DNA of 64,000 nucleotides from contig OZ076419.1 of NCBI GenBank assembly GCA_964187785.1, forward strand, positions 9,486,001 to 9,550,000, read 5' to 3'. This document shows, one piece after another, positions 1-13,829 of this stretch. Origin of the DNA: Amphiscolops sp. MND2022 (taxonomy: Eukaryota). Positions within the stretch are counted from its first letter, which is position 1. Every line of letters begins with the position of its first letter. The translations under genes and the position numbers were made by a program. Below the pieces are notes generated by a model. The model made no database searches. It was not told where the DNA came from and was given only the letters and a program-made list of their open reading frames with translations.

Positions 1-1720
1 ATTAAGAAGACTTTCCTGTTCATTCGTCAAACTCAACCATTTAAAGCCCTTCGCGTATGGTTTTGTCATGCTTTTACAAGAGAGCTGGATGATTAAAACA
101 TGTACTGGTTCTCAGGATGTACAACAACTTTGGCATACTGAAGCAAATTTTCAACATCAAAAAAAATAATGCGCATCTATTTTTCAACAATTTCATTACC
201 ATTTTCCAGTTCAATATTTTACCTTTCCAATAAATCTGCTTGTGATTTCGGTGAACCAAGAATGATAAGATTACATTTCTTTGGTGTTTTGATCCCGGGG
301 CAAAGTTTTTGGAAAGATGCTAAAATTGTACATTGTCGTTTTTCAGTGATGTCACCAAGGAAAAAAGCTTCGCTTTTCGTTGGTTCAATTTTGAGTCCCA
401 GTGTTTTTTCAGCTTCAACAGTTTTTTGAGATCTTTCAGAACTGTTCTGTAATCATCACCTAAATTTCCATCGCCAAGGTACCATGTTTTTTCTGTCACT
501 CCAAACTGTCAATCAGATCCTGAATGGAATCCAAAAATAAAAATTGGAGACTCAGGATCTCCTTGCTGGATTTCTTTCACGAGAGTTGATTACAGAGTCA
601 CCGTAAAAAAGAAAATATGGCTGACTGTACGCCGAGTACTTATAAACTTCAGGGTGTTTTTCAAAAGTTTTGTCTAGCATGATTTCTCGGTTTATCTAAT
701 TGAAAGCGTTTTCAGAGTCAATTTTCAAAATTACGCTTTCTTTGGGCAGGGGGCTTTCTATCAAACAACGGAAAACATGTGAAGCCAATTCAGCTTCCCT
801 TTTGGTGCCTTAGTCTTTTTGTCGACTTCCGTATCTTGATTGACGCTTTTGAAAGACATGGTACCCGGCACATTTTGCGGACAACCGGGGGAAAGTAATA
901 CCTACAGCGATAAGACGAAGTCCTCAATCGGGCTTTTCAGCTCAATAAGTTTCGCACCGAAGAAGTACGGCCGAAGTTCCAAAGGTACTTTTCCTTCAAG
1001 AATCACACTCACAAGATTTGTTAAAGCTCTGAGAAAATTCACTCCAGTTTATCTCCACGACTCCGCAATCAAATTGTTCAAAATTTGGGGCAAAATGCAA
1101 TCCAAACCAGCACTAGAGCTGTTGTGGAAGGACATGAGAGCATTGTAGACGGAAAACTCCGAGGTTGAAGAACAATCGACGTCTGTGGGGTCCGGAACAG
1201 AGCAAATATCCCTCTGCGGATGTTTCAGCTTGAGGGCAGCGTAGTTGTCGACCGTGAAATCCGCGCGCTTGTCGTTGTCTACTGCTCTTCCTTCTCCGGC
1301 CTTAGCATTACCTTCGTCTAATTTAGTGCAGTCGCCAGTCTTACTTGCTTTTCTGTTGCAGTTTTCTGTCGCCTTTCGGTTTTTTCTCAATGACACCATC
1401 ACGAATACGCTTGTTGATATGGCATCTGGCTTGGATTTGCTTCGTCTCGATGTCGTCCCCTGCATTCTCGCTCCCTGTGGCCTTGTTTTCGACAATAGAA
1501 GCATTTTCCTTCGAACCGCTTGTTATCTGATTTGGGTGGATTTTTGTCGGATTTTGTAAATTCTCGTTTTATAGTGGTGTCTGACATTTGGTTGAATGGC
1601 CTGTAGGTTAAGGTACACTGTTGCATAACCTGCTAGTATTTGTCTCTGCCAAAGATTCTTCAATTCAGAGAAACTTTTATACAAATTAGGTTTCCATTCT
1701 AACTAAAACTACGGGCCAAC
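1..1720 (-). mobile_element. Decayed CRE-like non-LTR retrotransposon RT fragment joined to a gag-like CCHC segment (copy 1)
   Basis: Minus-strand fragments match CRE-type RT: SFHNSSSAGLDCILPQIL, ALTNLVSVILEGKVPLELRPYFFGAKL, QQGDPESP (~550), WYLGDG (~480; the YLDD equivalent is mutated), LGLKIEPTK, CFSMPKLLYILRTS. A zinc knuckle CFYCRKQGHRERECR lies at ~1430-1490. Many stops and frameshifts. Confidence 0.75.
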
Positions 1721-2639
1721 TGCGGTCTTCAATGCAAGTTTTTCACCTCGATTTTTGTTTTGTGAGATTTTTCTGTGTAAAAATGTTGCACCATTATTTT
1801 CATACAGCCTAGAATCTAAAGTTCGTCCAAAAGGCGCGGAAGGGCTGCATGGAAATTTTTAAGTATTCAAGTGAGTTCAGAAATCGAATGAGACCAAAAG
1901 CTCCTCCAAATAGTTTTTTGCAACTCTGCCACTTTGATTTTTAAATTTCACTAAAAGTTCTACTCCTCGCTCATACCATGCTTCCAGCTGAAAAGGTCGT
2001 TACTTGGGAAAGTTTCACTTCCGTTTTTTAATGATTTTAATTCCAATTTTCTGTTTTGGTCTCATAAAAAATTTTTGATGAAACATTCGAACACGAACAC
2101 AGACAATTCCTGTGTGAGCACAGTTCGTATTTGCACAACTGCGCTGGGTAATCTAATCATCTACCAGAAGATACTGCTTAGGTTAAACAGTTGAAATGGA
2201 GCAACTCTGCATCCAGATTTTTTTTTAAATTGCGAAAAAGTCTACTCAACTTGAACAGTCTAAGATAAAAAACAGTTCAAGAAAATTCAGGGCCATACGA
2301 AACGCGTTCATTTCGACTTTTCTCTGGGGTTAAGTTTCTACTGACAAAAGAACCGAGGCAACGGATATAAAATACCATTAAAGGTGAACAAGTGCCCAGA
2401 TGTAAATTGACAGCCATTGGATGGATGTTGAAGAGAAATTAAATCAAAAAACTTGAGCTTATGGTCTATTGAGTTTCTCTTATCTAATTTTGACTGTATA
2501 AAAAACCTCTCAAAAAGAATCCAAAAATCTATGAGTATACCTGCACCAGACAACTAGTCAATTTCATTGTGCTACTTTCCAGACCCATTTTCAGTTTCGA
2601 AGTACTGTGCTAATTGCCTAAAAACAACACTCTCCTTGC

Positions 2640-3780
2640 TGGGTCCCTTTACAAGATTTGATTACAGAATTAGCTGACAAAAATTAGCTGACTGTACACC
2701 GAGTGTGAGTACTTATAAACTCCAGGGTGTATTTCAAAAGTTTTTTCTAGCATGATCTGTCGGTTGATCAATTGAAAGCGTTTTTAAAGTCAATTTTCAA
2801 AATTACGTTTTTTTAGGGCTGGGGGTTTTTTATGAAACAACGAAAAACGTGAAGCCAATTCAGCTTCCTTTTTGGTGCCTACACATACTTGTCGACTTCC
2901 GTATCCTGCTTGACGCGATTCAAAGACATCGTATCCGGACAACTGGGGAAAGTAATACCTACAGCGATAAAAGAAGTCCTCGATCGGGCTTTTCAGCTCA
3001 AAAACTTTTGCACCGAAGAAGTACGGCCGAAGTTCGAAAGGTACTTTTCCTTCGAGAATCACACTCACAAGATTTGTTAAAGCTCTGAGAAAATTCACTC
3101 CAGTTTACTTGTACGACTTGGCAGTGAAATTGTTCAAAAGTTGGGGCAAAATGGATGCCAAACCAGCACTAGAGCTGTTGTGGAAAGACATGAGAGCATT
3201 GTAGACGGAAAACTCCGAAATTGAAGAACAATCGACGTCTGTGGAACAGAGCAAATATCCCTCTGCGGATGTTTCAGCTTGAGGGCCGCGTAGATTTCGA
3301 CCGTGAAATCCGCGCGCTTGTCGTTGTCTACGGCTATTCCTTCTCCGGCCTTAGCACTACCTTCGTCTTATTTAGTGCAGTCGCCAGTCCTACTTGCTTT
3401 TCTGTTGTGGTTTTCTGTCGCCTTTCGGTTGATATGCCCTCTGGCTCGGATATGCTGTTTCCTTCGTCTCGTTGGCGTCCTCTGTATTCGCGCTTCCTGT
3501 TGCTCAGGGTGTTTTCTACAGTGGAAGCATTTGCCTTCGAACCACTTGTTACCTGATTTGGGCGGATTATGGTCAAATCTTGTAAACTCTCGTTTTGTTG
3601 TGGTGTCGGATATTTGGTTGAACGGCTGGTAGGTTGAGGTAGACTGTTGCATAACGTGCTTGTATTGGTATTTGCGGAGCAGGTACGTTTTCATTCCTTC
3701 TGGGCTTCTATCTTCTTTGTTTCCCAATATTTTATCCTGTTGGAGGTTGACTGGTCGTTTTCCGAACAGGAACATTTTTA
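2640..3780 (-). mobile_element. Second copy of the CRE-like RT / gag-knuckle chimera
   Basis: Aligns by eye at roughly 90% identity to ~590-1700. ORF 2790-3098 (NFLRALTNLVSVILEGKVPFELRPYFFGAK) and ORF 3368-3775 (FEGKCFHCRK). Confidence 0.75.
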
Positions 3781-3829
3781 TACATTTGTCCGCTTCGTAA
3801 CCGTAATCTTGTTTATCGATTTTTTTTGA

Positions 3830-4532
3830 GATCTTCTAGGAAATCGTCAAATGACTGTGTTGTGGGGTCATATTTTGCTTCATTCTACTTGTGTCTGGCT
3901 ACTTCTCGCATATCTTCTCTGGCGAAATCCTTCCTGAACATATGGAGGATGTCCGTTAGTGTGGTCATGTGAGTGATGATGATCGTCTGCCAGTAGTCTA
4001 TGGCCTCGTCGCGTAATAGACTTTGAAAGGAGTGGTTTTTGTATTCTGTGATTTTGTTGACTATCGGTTGGAAATGATTTAGTTGTAAATGCTCGAACTA
4101 GTCGTATTTGTCGTTCGCTCCTCTGAAGTTCGGGAAGTGTGTTTGGAGCAAATTGTTGTTGGATTTTTGTAATCGTCTTGGTAAGTCCTGGATGGCGTTA
4201 AGTAAGGCGGTTTCTGTAGTATTGCGGAATGAGTCCTCATAGTCTTCTTTATCTTCGTAACCCTGTTTGCGGTCGCGTTGAGTCCGGGAGACTCCTGTTA
4301 CCATGTTAGACGACTGCGCAGTGAACGAGGATGTCGTGGGAGCAGTGTCTACTTGCCTCACTTTCTCACTGTTTTGTTCGGGTAACTTTTCCATCATATA
4401 TTTCAGTGAAGATGTTTCTCTTTGGAGCATATTGAATCGCGCTTCATTCTCGGGCTGGATTTCAATGTTATTCTGAGGAGGAGGAGATCTAGTTCGCGGT
4501 TGCTCGCTTTCACCATTGTTTACGTTTTCCAT
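3830..4532 (-). pseudogene. gag: Ty3/Gypsy gag remnant
   Basis: ORF 4098-4532 continues past a stop as FEHL...FQSLLRDEAIDYWQTI...DILHMFRKDFAREDMREVARHK...KYDPTTQSFDDFLEDLK, a retrotransposon gag-type pattern. Confidence 0.65.
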
Positions 4533-6099
4533 ATTCCCATATTTATTGTAAGACTTTCACTAGGTAGAATATCAACTTGATTAGAACTTTCTTGACTAAA
4601 TAGATTACCGTTCCTGAGCTTTGTAGGCGAAAAAAAGGTTCATGTATTACTGAAAGAGAGACTTTGATAGACAAGAATTGAATTGTGAGTTAGAATCTAA
4701 CCGCAAAATGTATAATCAGCAGTTGTGGTCAGGAACGTATGGTAATCAGTGTACTAAATGGCGTAATGATGGTTTGTTGGTAGGCCCGCGCTAGCGGGTG
4801 GTAAGCCTCAAATCCTTACCAATGGCGTAATTTCATTGGTTCAGCAACGAGGTGTTAATGTGCGTCTGGTCAGCTGACCAGATCTTCTCGTTGGTGTTAA
4901 GGGGCTACCATCGTTAGTTACGCGCCAATTGAAATTTCAATCTTTTTACATGCATATGTAATGAGTGTGATTCACATCGTGTAGTTAATATCATTAAAGC
5001 ATTGTTAAACTGTAAAAAATACCCATCATATATGAAATCGATGAATCTTGTAGCACTCAGGGGTCAAATAACAGCAGTTTGGAAATGAGCGATGCAAATG
5101 CGATGATTCTACTATAAATAGAGGTTAATTGCACGAATTAGATTCGATTCATCGTTTAAACATCGTTTTTCATTTGTTGTGTGCGTGCGGTTTATGTATG
5201 TTCTATGGATTTGAAAACGATGGATGAAGATCATCTCTGGTAATAAGTGAAATTTATAACGCAAGGGTGTTTGTTTAATAATTAGAACTAAACTATCAGT
5301 TGATTCCATCTATTTGTCACCACTTACTTTTGTGCTAGCCACATGTATCATTAGTTCTGGGTTGGTTTGGTAAAACGATTTTATACAGATGAAAGGTTTT
5401 AGAATAGCACAATTAGTGATTAAAACATAGCTTTCGTCATTTTAGTATCTTCACAATTGTTGGGGGAGCGGCTCTTTTGAGCGATCTAAAAGCGATGAAA
5501 CTTGATCATTGTTTTGCATAAATGAAACAATGTGAAATAGATGAATTTCGCGTTCAAGTCAACAGTATGCTGTGAGGCTCAGCTCTCTGTCGTGCTATGT
5601 GTTTCATCGTTCTTCCATCGTTTTAGTCGTTCTGTTTTCCTCTTTCGTGACTTGTGTCCCTAATTAGAGTTTCTCCAATATTTAAATGTAACAAACGTAT
5701 GTGCACATTATGGATCAAGGATACTGATAAATAAACAGAAGATAGCTCAAAACACAGGGTGGGGGATTAGAGTAGTAACATAGAGTTGCGCACAACCTTG
5801 AATCTTATTATATGACATCATATTACCCATTGACATGTATATATGACATAAATTGTACATTATGGATATTATTAGATTGTATTTCGATCATGCTGGCATA
5901 ACAATTGTCGTTGCCTCGTGAAAAACATTCATTTTTCCTTCATCAGATAATACATCGTCGCCAAAAGCCTAGAGGGATTTGGCAATTGTGTTAGATGTTA
6001 AAAAGCTGGGGTCTGGAAACGATAGATAACAATCGGCCACAAGTCATTTGGCTTAATGTCATTATACTTAGATGTTTCGTAATCATTCGAATAATTTGT

Positions 6100-9000
6100 T
6101 CGGTCAAACTGTTGTTTCGTCTGCTTAGTTAGTGGAAGCAGGTAGTAGTCTGGTTTCAATATGGAATTTTTTTTCTCAAGTTTTTGTCTTCTTGGGTACC
6201 GTTGGTGTAAGATGTAGTCGAAATAATGTGTGTTTCTTTGGTTTTGTTAATTTGCATCAATTACATACCACGGGTGATCAGGCCAAAGCCTTTATTCGAT
6301 TGTTGTTGGTTTCGTATCATCAAATTGATTACACAATTACCATCTATCTTCATTCATGTCTTGTTTTTGAGATTGCAACCTTGTTCAGCTTTGAATCACC
6401 TGTTATCAAGGATGTCCGATGACCAATGAATAAATCTGCTTATGAGGCAAATCCGTCAAGTTAGTTTTCTCTATGGTATCGTCACAACTGTTGTGGATTT
6501 GGGCAACTATAAGTTGTTATTTTCCGTTTAACAGGTGAAGAAATCGGAACAACTATGATGGCTGTGTGTCCAAGGGTGTGTGCCCATCTGACTGGCGTGT
6601 GGCCTTTGTCACCAATGCAAGGCCCGGGTAAGTATCGTGTCTTGCCCAGCTTTCCTAGTGTAAGTCATGTACCGTTACTACAAAAGTTTGTTCCGCTAGT
6701 CAATTCCAACGTCTGTTCATCGTCAAATGGGTATCTTATCGTTTTTGTCTATTCTTCGTAGCAGCAAGCTCTGAGTTCATTGTCGCTGGGATGATACGAC
6801 GGATAAATCAGGAGTGTTGTCCGCGAAGAACTGGCTGCTGTTGGTAAGTGGATCTTTTTGTCGTATTGCTTGTAGACCGTTCGAATTGGTTAAGGACTGA
6901 AGAAGAGGGGGTAGCGAGGCAAGAGGATGCCATAGTAATACCTGGCGATGTAAAACAGATGGGCTTTTGTTTTCAGTCCCTCGGAAAGGTCGTGTCGTTG
7001 AGAGGCCCACTGCACAGCGAACAGTGTCTGTGTCGTGCGGAGTGGAAATGCAGACTGGCTCTTCCCAAACACGGCGTGAGTTCACTGTCATGTCGCCTCC
7101 CGACGATGTTGCTGGGTCAGAAGGTGCTGCATCGCCAGTGGTGTCTAATGCCGGTCTTTTGGAAGTGGGTGTATTGAGCGTGGAGGCTGTTGTGGGTATC
7201 GCGTCATCAGTGGAAATGAATGCGAGTGATGGTTCTCCAGTTGCTGGTATTGTTGTTGTCCAGGATCATCCTGAAAGTGCCGTGGCGTCCATTGCCAGTG
7301 ATACGATTGCCACAACTCCTTCACTTCGTCCAGGTAAACTAAACAGCTTCAATGATCTTGTGATTTACCGTCATTCGATTTACCGTCGGAGATTGATTTT
7401 AGTTCTATATGTTCTGACTTGTGTAATACAATGTGGTGTTATTGTATTTGCATGTGTTTAGGTGTTTAGGCAGTGTTGGTGTTTGGGATCTGGCCATATG
7501 TGGTGCGATCAATCTCGGCTTCGTTGTGTGCAGAGCGGCATGTCGGATTTTACGTGGATCTGGACCGTCTGCCCTTGGTCATGACCTTCCTGCTGACCAA
7601 ATTGCGTGAATACCTGACAGAGCCGATCGTTATGGCGTGTCCGGCTTTGTTGCGAGTAAGTGTTTAACCATTGTTTTGAGTTTAAGTCGACATTGAGAGG
7701 AAAGTTCAAAAGACAAAGGGGGAATACTGTTTTTGTAGAATTGTGTAAAATGTGTGATTGTAAAATTTTCACTGTGTAGTAGCTGGTGAACTCTCTGATT
7801 GGGAGATCGTGGCAATGCTAGAGGAGTTGAGTGGGTCTTGGGGGCGACTGGTCACGCTGGTAGAACTCTTGACTCATCAAAGTGGGAGCGTGGATCCCTT
7901 GAGACTGGAGTTACTAATATTGCATGAAATTGATTTGTCGCTCAAGTTTCATGTGGTGGGCGTGGTGTATTCAATAGGTAATTCTCGTTATAATATCAAA
8001 TAGACTTGTTAAGATTTTACAAAAGATGAAGTAAAAAAGGAGGTGTTCGAGGAAAAAAAAAGGTAGCGAATATGATTTTGCTGGTAACGAACTTGGATTG
8101 TGTTTTGAACTAGATAAATGTACTTACGTAATAAATATCATTGTTGCGACATCGGCCTGGGGGGATTGGTAAGTTTCATCGAGATGACATCTGTCGAGTA
8201 GTAACACGTTTCATCGTTGCTATGTCTGGTTTAGTGTCAGATAGATTGAAGCAGATACTCAGCGAGAGCCTTTACAGGGGCTCTACGGTAAATATTTAAA
8301 ATGGTACGCCAATTGTGTCTGATTGTTGCGAAATAAAATACAGTCCCGCACGCTTATGAATTGCACAACTGGTCTGGAGTTGACCTGTATGTTCTTCGGA
8401 TAAACGCTTCAAGGGTAGCGGCGATGTTTCGAACTTTTGGGTATCATCGTGGCAGTTGTTCTTGTTGCAATCAGCATGCAGTCCACGTTGGTAAGAAAAT
8501 TGTTGATCACTGTGGCTATGAACATATTGCAGATGCCGCAAGTTTCTAATCAGGTGAATTTGGCTCTTTCGTGTTGGAGTCCATATCTTTCAATGCATTA
8601 AGTGTTAGCGACATGGAAGAGACTGTAATCTATTATTTGGAAATGCTCGAGAGCAGAGGACAAGTGTCGCATGAGGACAGGGCATCAATGTTAGAATCAT
8701 ATGTGCAGTTTATTGGGAAATTTAGAGACAATCATTCTGAGGATGACGATTTGGGGGCCCATGAGAGTGAGCTATGGCAATATGGAACAGCAAATTTGAG
8801 TTTGCAACGATTGATGCAGTGGTCCTTTTGTGTTAGCGGAAGTGTAAATCAGACCGTCCAATTTGCGTATCCTAGTGTGCCAGTACTGAAATTTCATCAG
8901 AAGAGCAATCGAGTATGTTGTGTACGATTCTGAGCTGGTGCAAGTTTCGAGCGGTGGGCAGTGTGCAAAGTATTCCAGCTGATCTTGTGGCAGATAGCAG

Positions 9001-10720
9001 TGACTCAGTGGGTTGAGCGATGAGGGCGGGAGTTGTCTGGCTTGTAATTTAATGTAAGTTATTGTTTGCGTAGGTTTACAAACTTTTGTTTTGTCAACAC
9101 GAGGCGAAGCCTACGAATTGTTGACGATTGAGGAATGAATCTCTGTTGAAAACAAATGTAGGCACAGAGATGGAGGGGGCTGTGGAAGTGACGGGAATTG
9201 TTCATCTCTTTCACATATTTTAATGTTTGTGTTGATGCATGGTCAGCGAGAAGGTACACCATCAAAATTGAAATCCTTTGGTTTTTGTACTTCACTCCTA
9301 GCGATGTGCATGTCATGGAAATATTCCATCGTTTTTACATCGTTTTTGGATTTCTTTGTTTTGTTCACAATAAAACATCAATCCTCCATCGTTTCTGTTG
9401 TCTGATTTGTTTCGGGTGTGTCAGGTGTGTTTCTACTGCAGAGCAGTGTATGTTTTGCGCAGGGCGCTTCAGGCAAGTGTGATTTCGTGGACTAAGAATA
9501 CTGAATACCGTTTGGATCGAGGATTTCCGAGAACTTTATTTGCTTTTAATCATCCTCTTCGTGGGTGAATTCATCGGTTCTTCATCGTTTGTAGCCGTAA
9601 TTGGAGTGAGAGTTGGGGTGATTGCTTTTTATGTCTTTGTTCGGTGTGAGCGTGTTCTGAGTTAATTTTTTGGTTGTCGTGGAATTGGACTTGTGGAATG
9701 TCTGGAGTCCTTTCGTCAATTTCTGTTTCCAGGTAGGCCTGTGTGAGTGTTCTCGGGACTTGGTTGATTGCTGGTCGGTTGTGTCGTATTGTTTTGCGCC
9801 GGTCTGGAGATCTATAGTGAATGAAACTCTCAATCGGTGTTTCATCTTCGGTTTCTACTTCGTTGTGACCGCAAGTGTCTCTTCTCCTTGCGGAATGTTC
9901 GAGTGAAAGATTTCAGTGTCTTCTGTACGCTCGCTGTCTGCCTACACTGTAGTTGCCTATGTCTATATATGGGACATGATTTCCGGGTTTGAAAAATTCC
10001 AACCGCATGCGGTGGACAGTTGCCTATGTCTACATATGGGACATGAATTTCGGGTTTGAAAAGTTTCAACCGCATGCGGTGGACACATTGTGTTTTCAAC
10101 GTTCCCACTTTCCGAATGATGTAGCTACTGTCGGACAGCACTTTCATCACTTTGAACGGGCCTTTCCAGTGAAAGGTCTTGAACTCTTCTTTACAACCCA
10201 GTGAGCCGTACTATCAAGCAGGAAGACAAAGTCGTTAACTTTGAGTGGATGTGCTCTTGCTTTCCTATCATACTAGGCTCTGTACTTGTGGTACGCGGTC
10301 ACAGTTTTGTCGGCGTTGTCTCCGTATATTTCGTTCATTTGGATTAGTATTTTGTTGACGTCTCCTAATTTGACGTCTTTCAGGGTTATGGTATTTCAGG
10401 TCCAAAGCGTTTTATGGAGTGCGTCCGTGGAAGGTTTCAGTAGGTGAGCACTTCAGAGAAGCGTGGTAGGTTGTGATGTGTGCCATTATTGCAATGTCGA
10501 TATAGCAGTCCCATTGAGGTCGGTCTACATTTACATGTATTTTTAGGATCTTTTTAGGTTTTCCATGACTTGCCTCAACCATGTCTATGGTTTGTGCGTG
10601 TTTAATGGTTGCATGTGATAGCGTGATGCCAGCAGCTTTGGTGAGTTGTTCGAACAGACCAGCAGTGAAGACGAAACGGAGACTTTGTCAGAAGACGGCT
10701 ACGGTGCACTTCCAAGATTT
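6100..10720 (-). mobile_element. Decayed Ty3/Gypsy 3' region: integrase fragments plus a long degenerate downstream ORF3-like region
   Basis: Integrase core remnants at 10250-10720 (TAGLFEQLTKAAGITLSHATIKHAQTI, PQWDCYIDIAIMAH) and C-terminal GPF-type remnant KVLSDSSYIIRKVGTLKTQCVHRMRLK (9842-10150). The region 6.1-9.5 kb is heavily broken and its left boundary is uncertain. Confidence 0.55.
9951..10084. repeat. 67-bp tandem duplication (2 units) inside the integrase remnant
   Basis: agttgcctatgtcta(t/c)atatgggacatga...aaccgcatgcggtggac occurs at 9951-10017 and 10018-10084 with a few mismatches. Confidence 0.9.
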
Positions 10721-10729
10721 TATTACCCA

Positions 10730-11290
10730 ATCCAGTCACTGACTCCAATGATCTTGAATGCTACATAACCCATTTTGAAATAATGGCTAGTCTCCAAAAC
10801 TGGCGCACGCAAACCAGTGACTCGCGAATGGAACGAAGTAGAAGTAGATGACCAAGCAACTGCGCTACGCGCTACGTCTTCGAAAGTCGGCGATTGATTT
10901 CTATCAAGTTCTAACGAATGAGCAAAAGGTTCACCGAACGCACTAGACCGGAAAACCAGTGATGTTCCTGGGTCGGCTGGCAAGAAGAGTTCCACTCCTG
11001 GGAGAAAAATTAACGGATTTTTTAGGTGACTTACAGTGCTTTGCAATGTAAAATACCCGGGGTGTCCATAAAGATAAAATATGAAGTAGTAGTGCACGGA
11101 TTCCTTGAGGGAGTTCGGAATAGCCAAGTACGTTTGGACATGAGAAAAACCGTTGAGGATGCAGAAATAAATATCGAGAAGCTAATGGAAACGGCACTAT
11201 AAATAGAAGCTCCGACAAGAATTGAGGAAGAGGAAAGAGTGCCCCGAGTAGCAATGCTACAGCCCGACAAAGACAAAAAAAGCATCAATG
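10730..11290 (+). pseudogene. gag: Gypsy-type gag fragment in the opposite orientation
   Basis: Plus-strand frames read DLECYITHFEIMASLQNW...AIDFYQVL...GEKLTDFLGDLQ...VVVHGFLEGVRNSQVRLDMRK...EEEERVPRVAML with stops and frameshifts. Confidence 0.55.
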
Positions 11291-13810
11291 ATGACAAAAT
11301 TTTAAGAGTTTCCCTGTGACGAATGAGAAATAAGTCTTTTAGTGCCCATAGGTATTCTAGAGTTAAAATGAGTTGCATAATAATAAAATGGTAAGGGAGG
11401 AGAAATAATATTAGAATTGATAGAAAAATGTTTGATCGTTTGACATTCAATAGATTCATGAATGAAAATATAAACAAATACGAGTTTGGTTAGAAGAGTG
11501 TTGAGTTTTTAAAGAGACTCCTTCAAATATTCTGGAGCTGGGTGTATTATAATGAACAAGATGTGAGTTTGGGTACATATATAAATATTGGAAATGCTTG
11601 TGATTTTTATAGAGAAAAGAATTAGCTTCAAAATTTGGAGTCAAATTGTGAGGATTTTGTTTTTACCATGTATAAACAGAGGAGATCATCTTTTCGAACC
11701 TGAAGCAGAATGGGTATTGGTGGAATTGTATTCGACCGGACGAAAAAGTTTTCAAAAACTTTACAATGCGCCAAGAAAGATTGTTAAAATAATGACAACG
11801 ATTGAGTAGAGGTAGGTTAAACAGGAGTTTGTGTTATGGCATTAGTATGAGAAGATTCATCAATATTTGGAGATAAAAAATTGTCATATTGGGTATAATA
11901 CCTTGAGAAAGGCGGGAGTTTTTAAAATATTGGTATTAAATTTCAGAAAACAGGATGTGGATAAGATGAGATGGTTTGGGTGATTGTGATTTTTGTTGCG
12001 GAATCCTTTTAGTAACAGGGTGATTAGCTTCATACAAGCCAGTTTCGTGTAAAAAAGGGTTCTGTTGAAGCAATGTTTTGACTTTATTCTTTATTGGTTT
12101 ATATTATTCGTTCAAAAAAGAAGGGACAGGTTGAAAGAAAAATGAATTTAGAGGAATGTAAGCAACAGTATTACCTTTATTTCAATACGAATTTTAAATT
12201 GATCATCACCAGAACCAACTAAATCTGGGTGTGAATCATTTTTTGTGTGGATAGTACGTCTTCAAGTTTGGCTAGATAGCGGATTTGTTTTAACGACTTC
12301 TTGGTTGGGTTTGAGTTCCATAAATTCGATGTATGGAGGGAGTGTTTCGTGCTGTAATTGACACATCTTTTTGTTATTTGTGAAAAATCTCGACAAAGCA
12401 TGTCAGCAACTGTTACGTTAGTACTGGCAGTTTGAATAATCTGGTGATTTGAGAATTTTGTCATTACCATTTGAGCTTTATATTGTCTTGGTGTGATGCT
12501 TCATTGCGGGTATAGAGGAAAAGAATAAGATTATGATCTGTGAAATCAGTGATTGGGAATTTAAAGCCAATAATACCAAATCCATATTGGCAAAGAAAGA
12601 GCGAAAGTTATAGCACAGTTCTCGATCATAAGTAAAAAGTTTTTGTTCTTGAGTTGATAAAATACGGGAGTAAAAAGAAATAACATGCATTTAATGGAGG
12701 TGTCTTCGAGAGGTTTGAAAATGTATGGGTTAACGAACCAAGTAGAAGGGGTTATAACATTAGCATGATTATTTAAAAAATGGAGTATTGTAAACAAGTG
12801 GAGGTGTCAGAATGAAACATACTAATTCCAAACTTCGGTTTTGTGGAGGGAGGATGGTGAACAAATGAAGGCGGTTGTTGAGTAAGATTAACAGTAGGTT
12901 TGTATGGTAGTTTGAGTATGGTTTCGAAAAATATGTCATTTAGTTTTAAGAAAAATATGTTCTTGAAGGAGATTTTTTATAACGAGAATTATATCGAGAC
13001 TCTCGAGAGAATTTTCGATAGGGATTACTTTTACTCCGACTACGATAACGAGAAGTTTGGTTATTTCATTTATTGGAGTGTGTTTTAAAATGTTATTAAG
13101 GGGAAAGAGTAGGTGATTTCGAATGTGGTTTAGATTATTTAGGCATATTGGCTTTGCGATAACAAGTTGTAACAGAATGAATATTTTTATGGCAGAAGGA
13201 GCAAAAGTTTGAATTGAGGTTTAGATTTGATATTAGGATCGATCTACGGTCTGTACATGTGTAGAGTGTGTGGAGACCACAATTAAAAATTTCAGGACAT
13301 TTGAGGTTTTTGGTTATTGGACATTCGTTATCCCAAGCTTGTTTAATAGATTTTGAACTTTTAGCGCAGAATGTCTATTATTCTCATTATGCTCTTTGAC
13401 AAGAGAGATTGCTTCAAGTTCGGCATGATCTGCATGTTTTTGAGAGAGAAATTGTTATTTGAAAATTTTTAGATAGGAAGGCAAATCATTGTTTCAAACT
13501 TGAGGGAGACGATCATACCAATCAGAGGCAGTTCCTGTGAGGGAACAATAAAGAAGAGACATACGTCTGGAGTGCCAAGTTAAATATGATTGTATATCAA
13601 GTGGTTGAGGTCCAAGTTGAAACGTTACACGTGCACTGAAGTAAGCTAAAAATGTTTCAGGAGGGTATGTGTGATCCAAGCCATCAAAGAGTTTCATGTG
13701 GTCGGAGAGAGCAGCAAAAGGAACAGAAGGTGAAACAAAAGGAAAACGGGCGGAGGAGGGTAAGCAGAAGGTGGGTTAAAAGGATGAGTAGAATTAGATG
13801 CTGGAAGAGG
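11290..13810 (-). mobile_element. Internally deleted Gypsy element, copy A (gag, RT, RNase H, integrase fragments)
   Basis: gag KLFDGLDHTYPPETFLAY...SLTGTASDWYDRLPQV (13494-13697); RNase H FYSRILSTQEQKL..YDRELC...TDH (12478-12797); integrase remnants 11300-12000. Confidence 0.7.
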
Positions 13811-13829
13811 GTTGGCAGGTTAAGTAGGA

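Noticed and set aside
6967-7461. Mucin-like or membrane protein on the plus strand
   Set aside because: Probably the antisense shadow of T/P-rich decayed retroelement sequence; no supporting gene structure.
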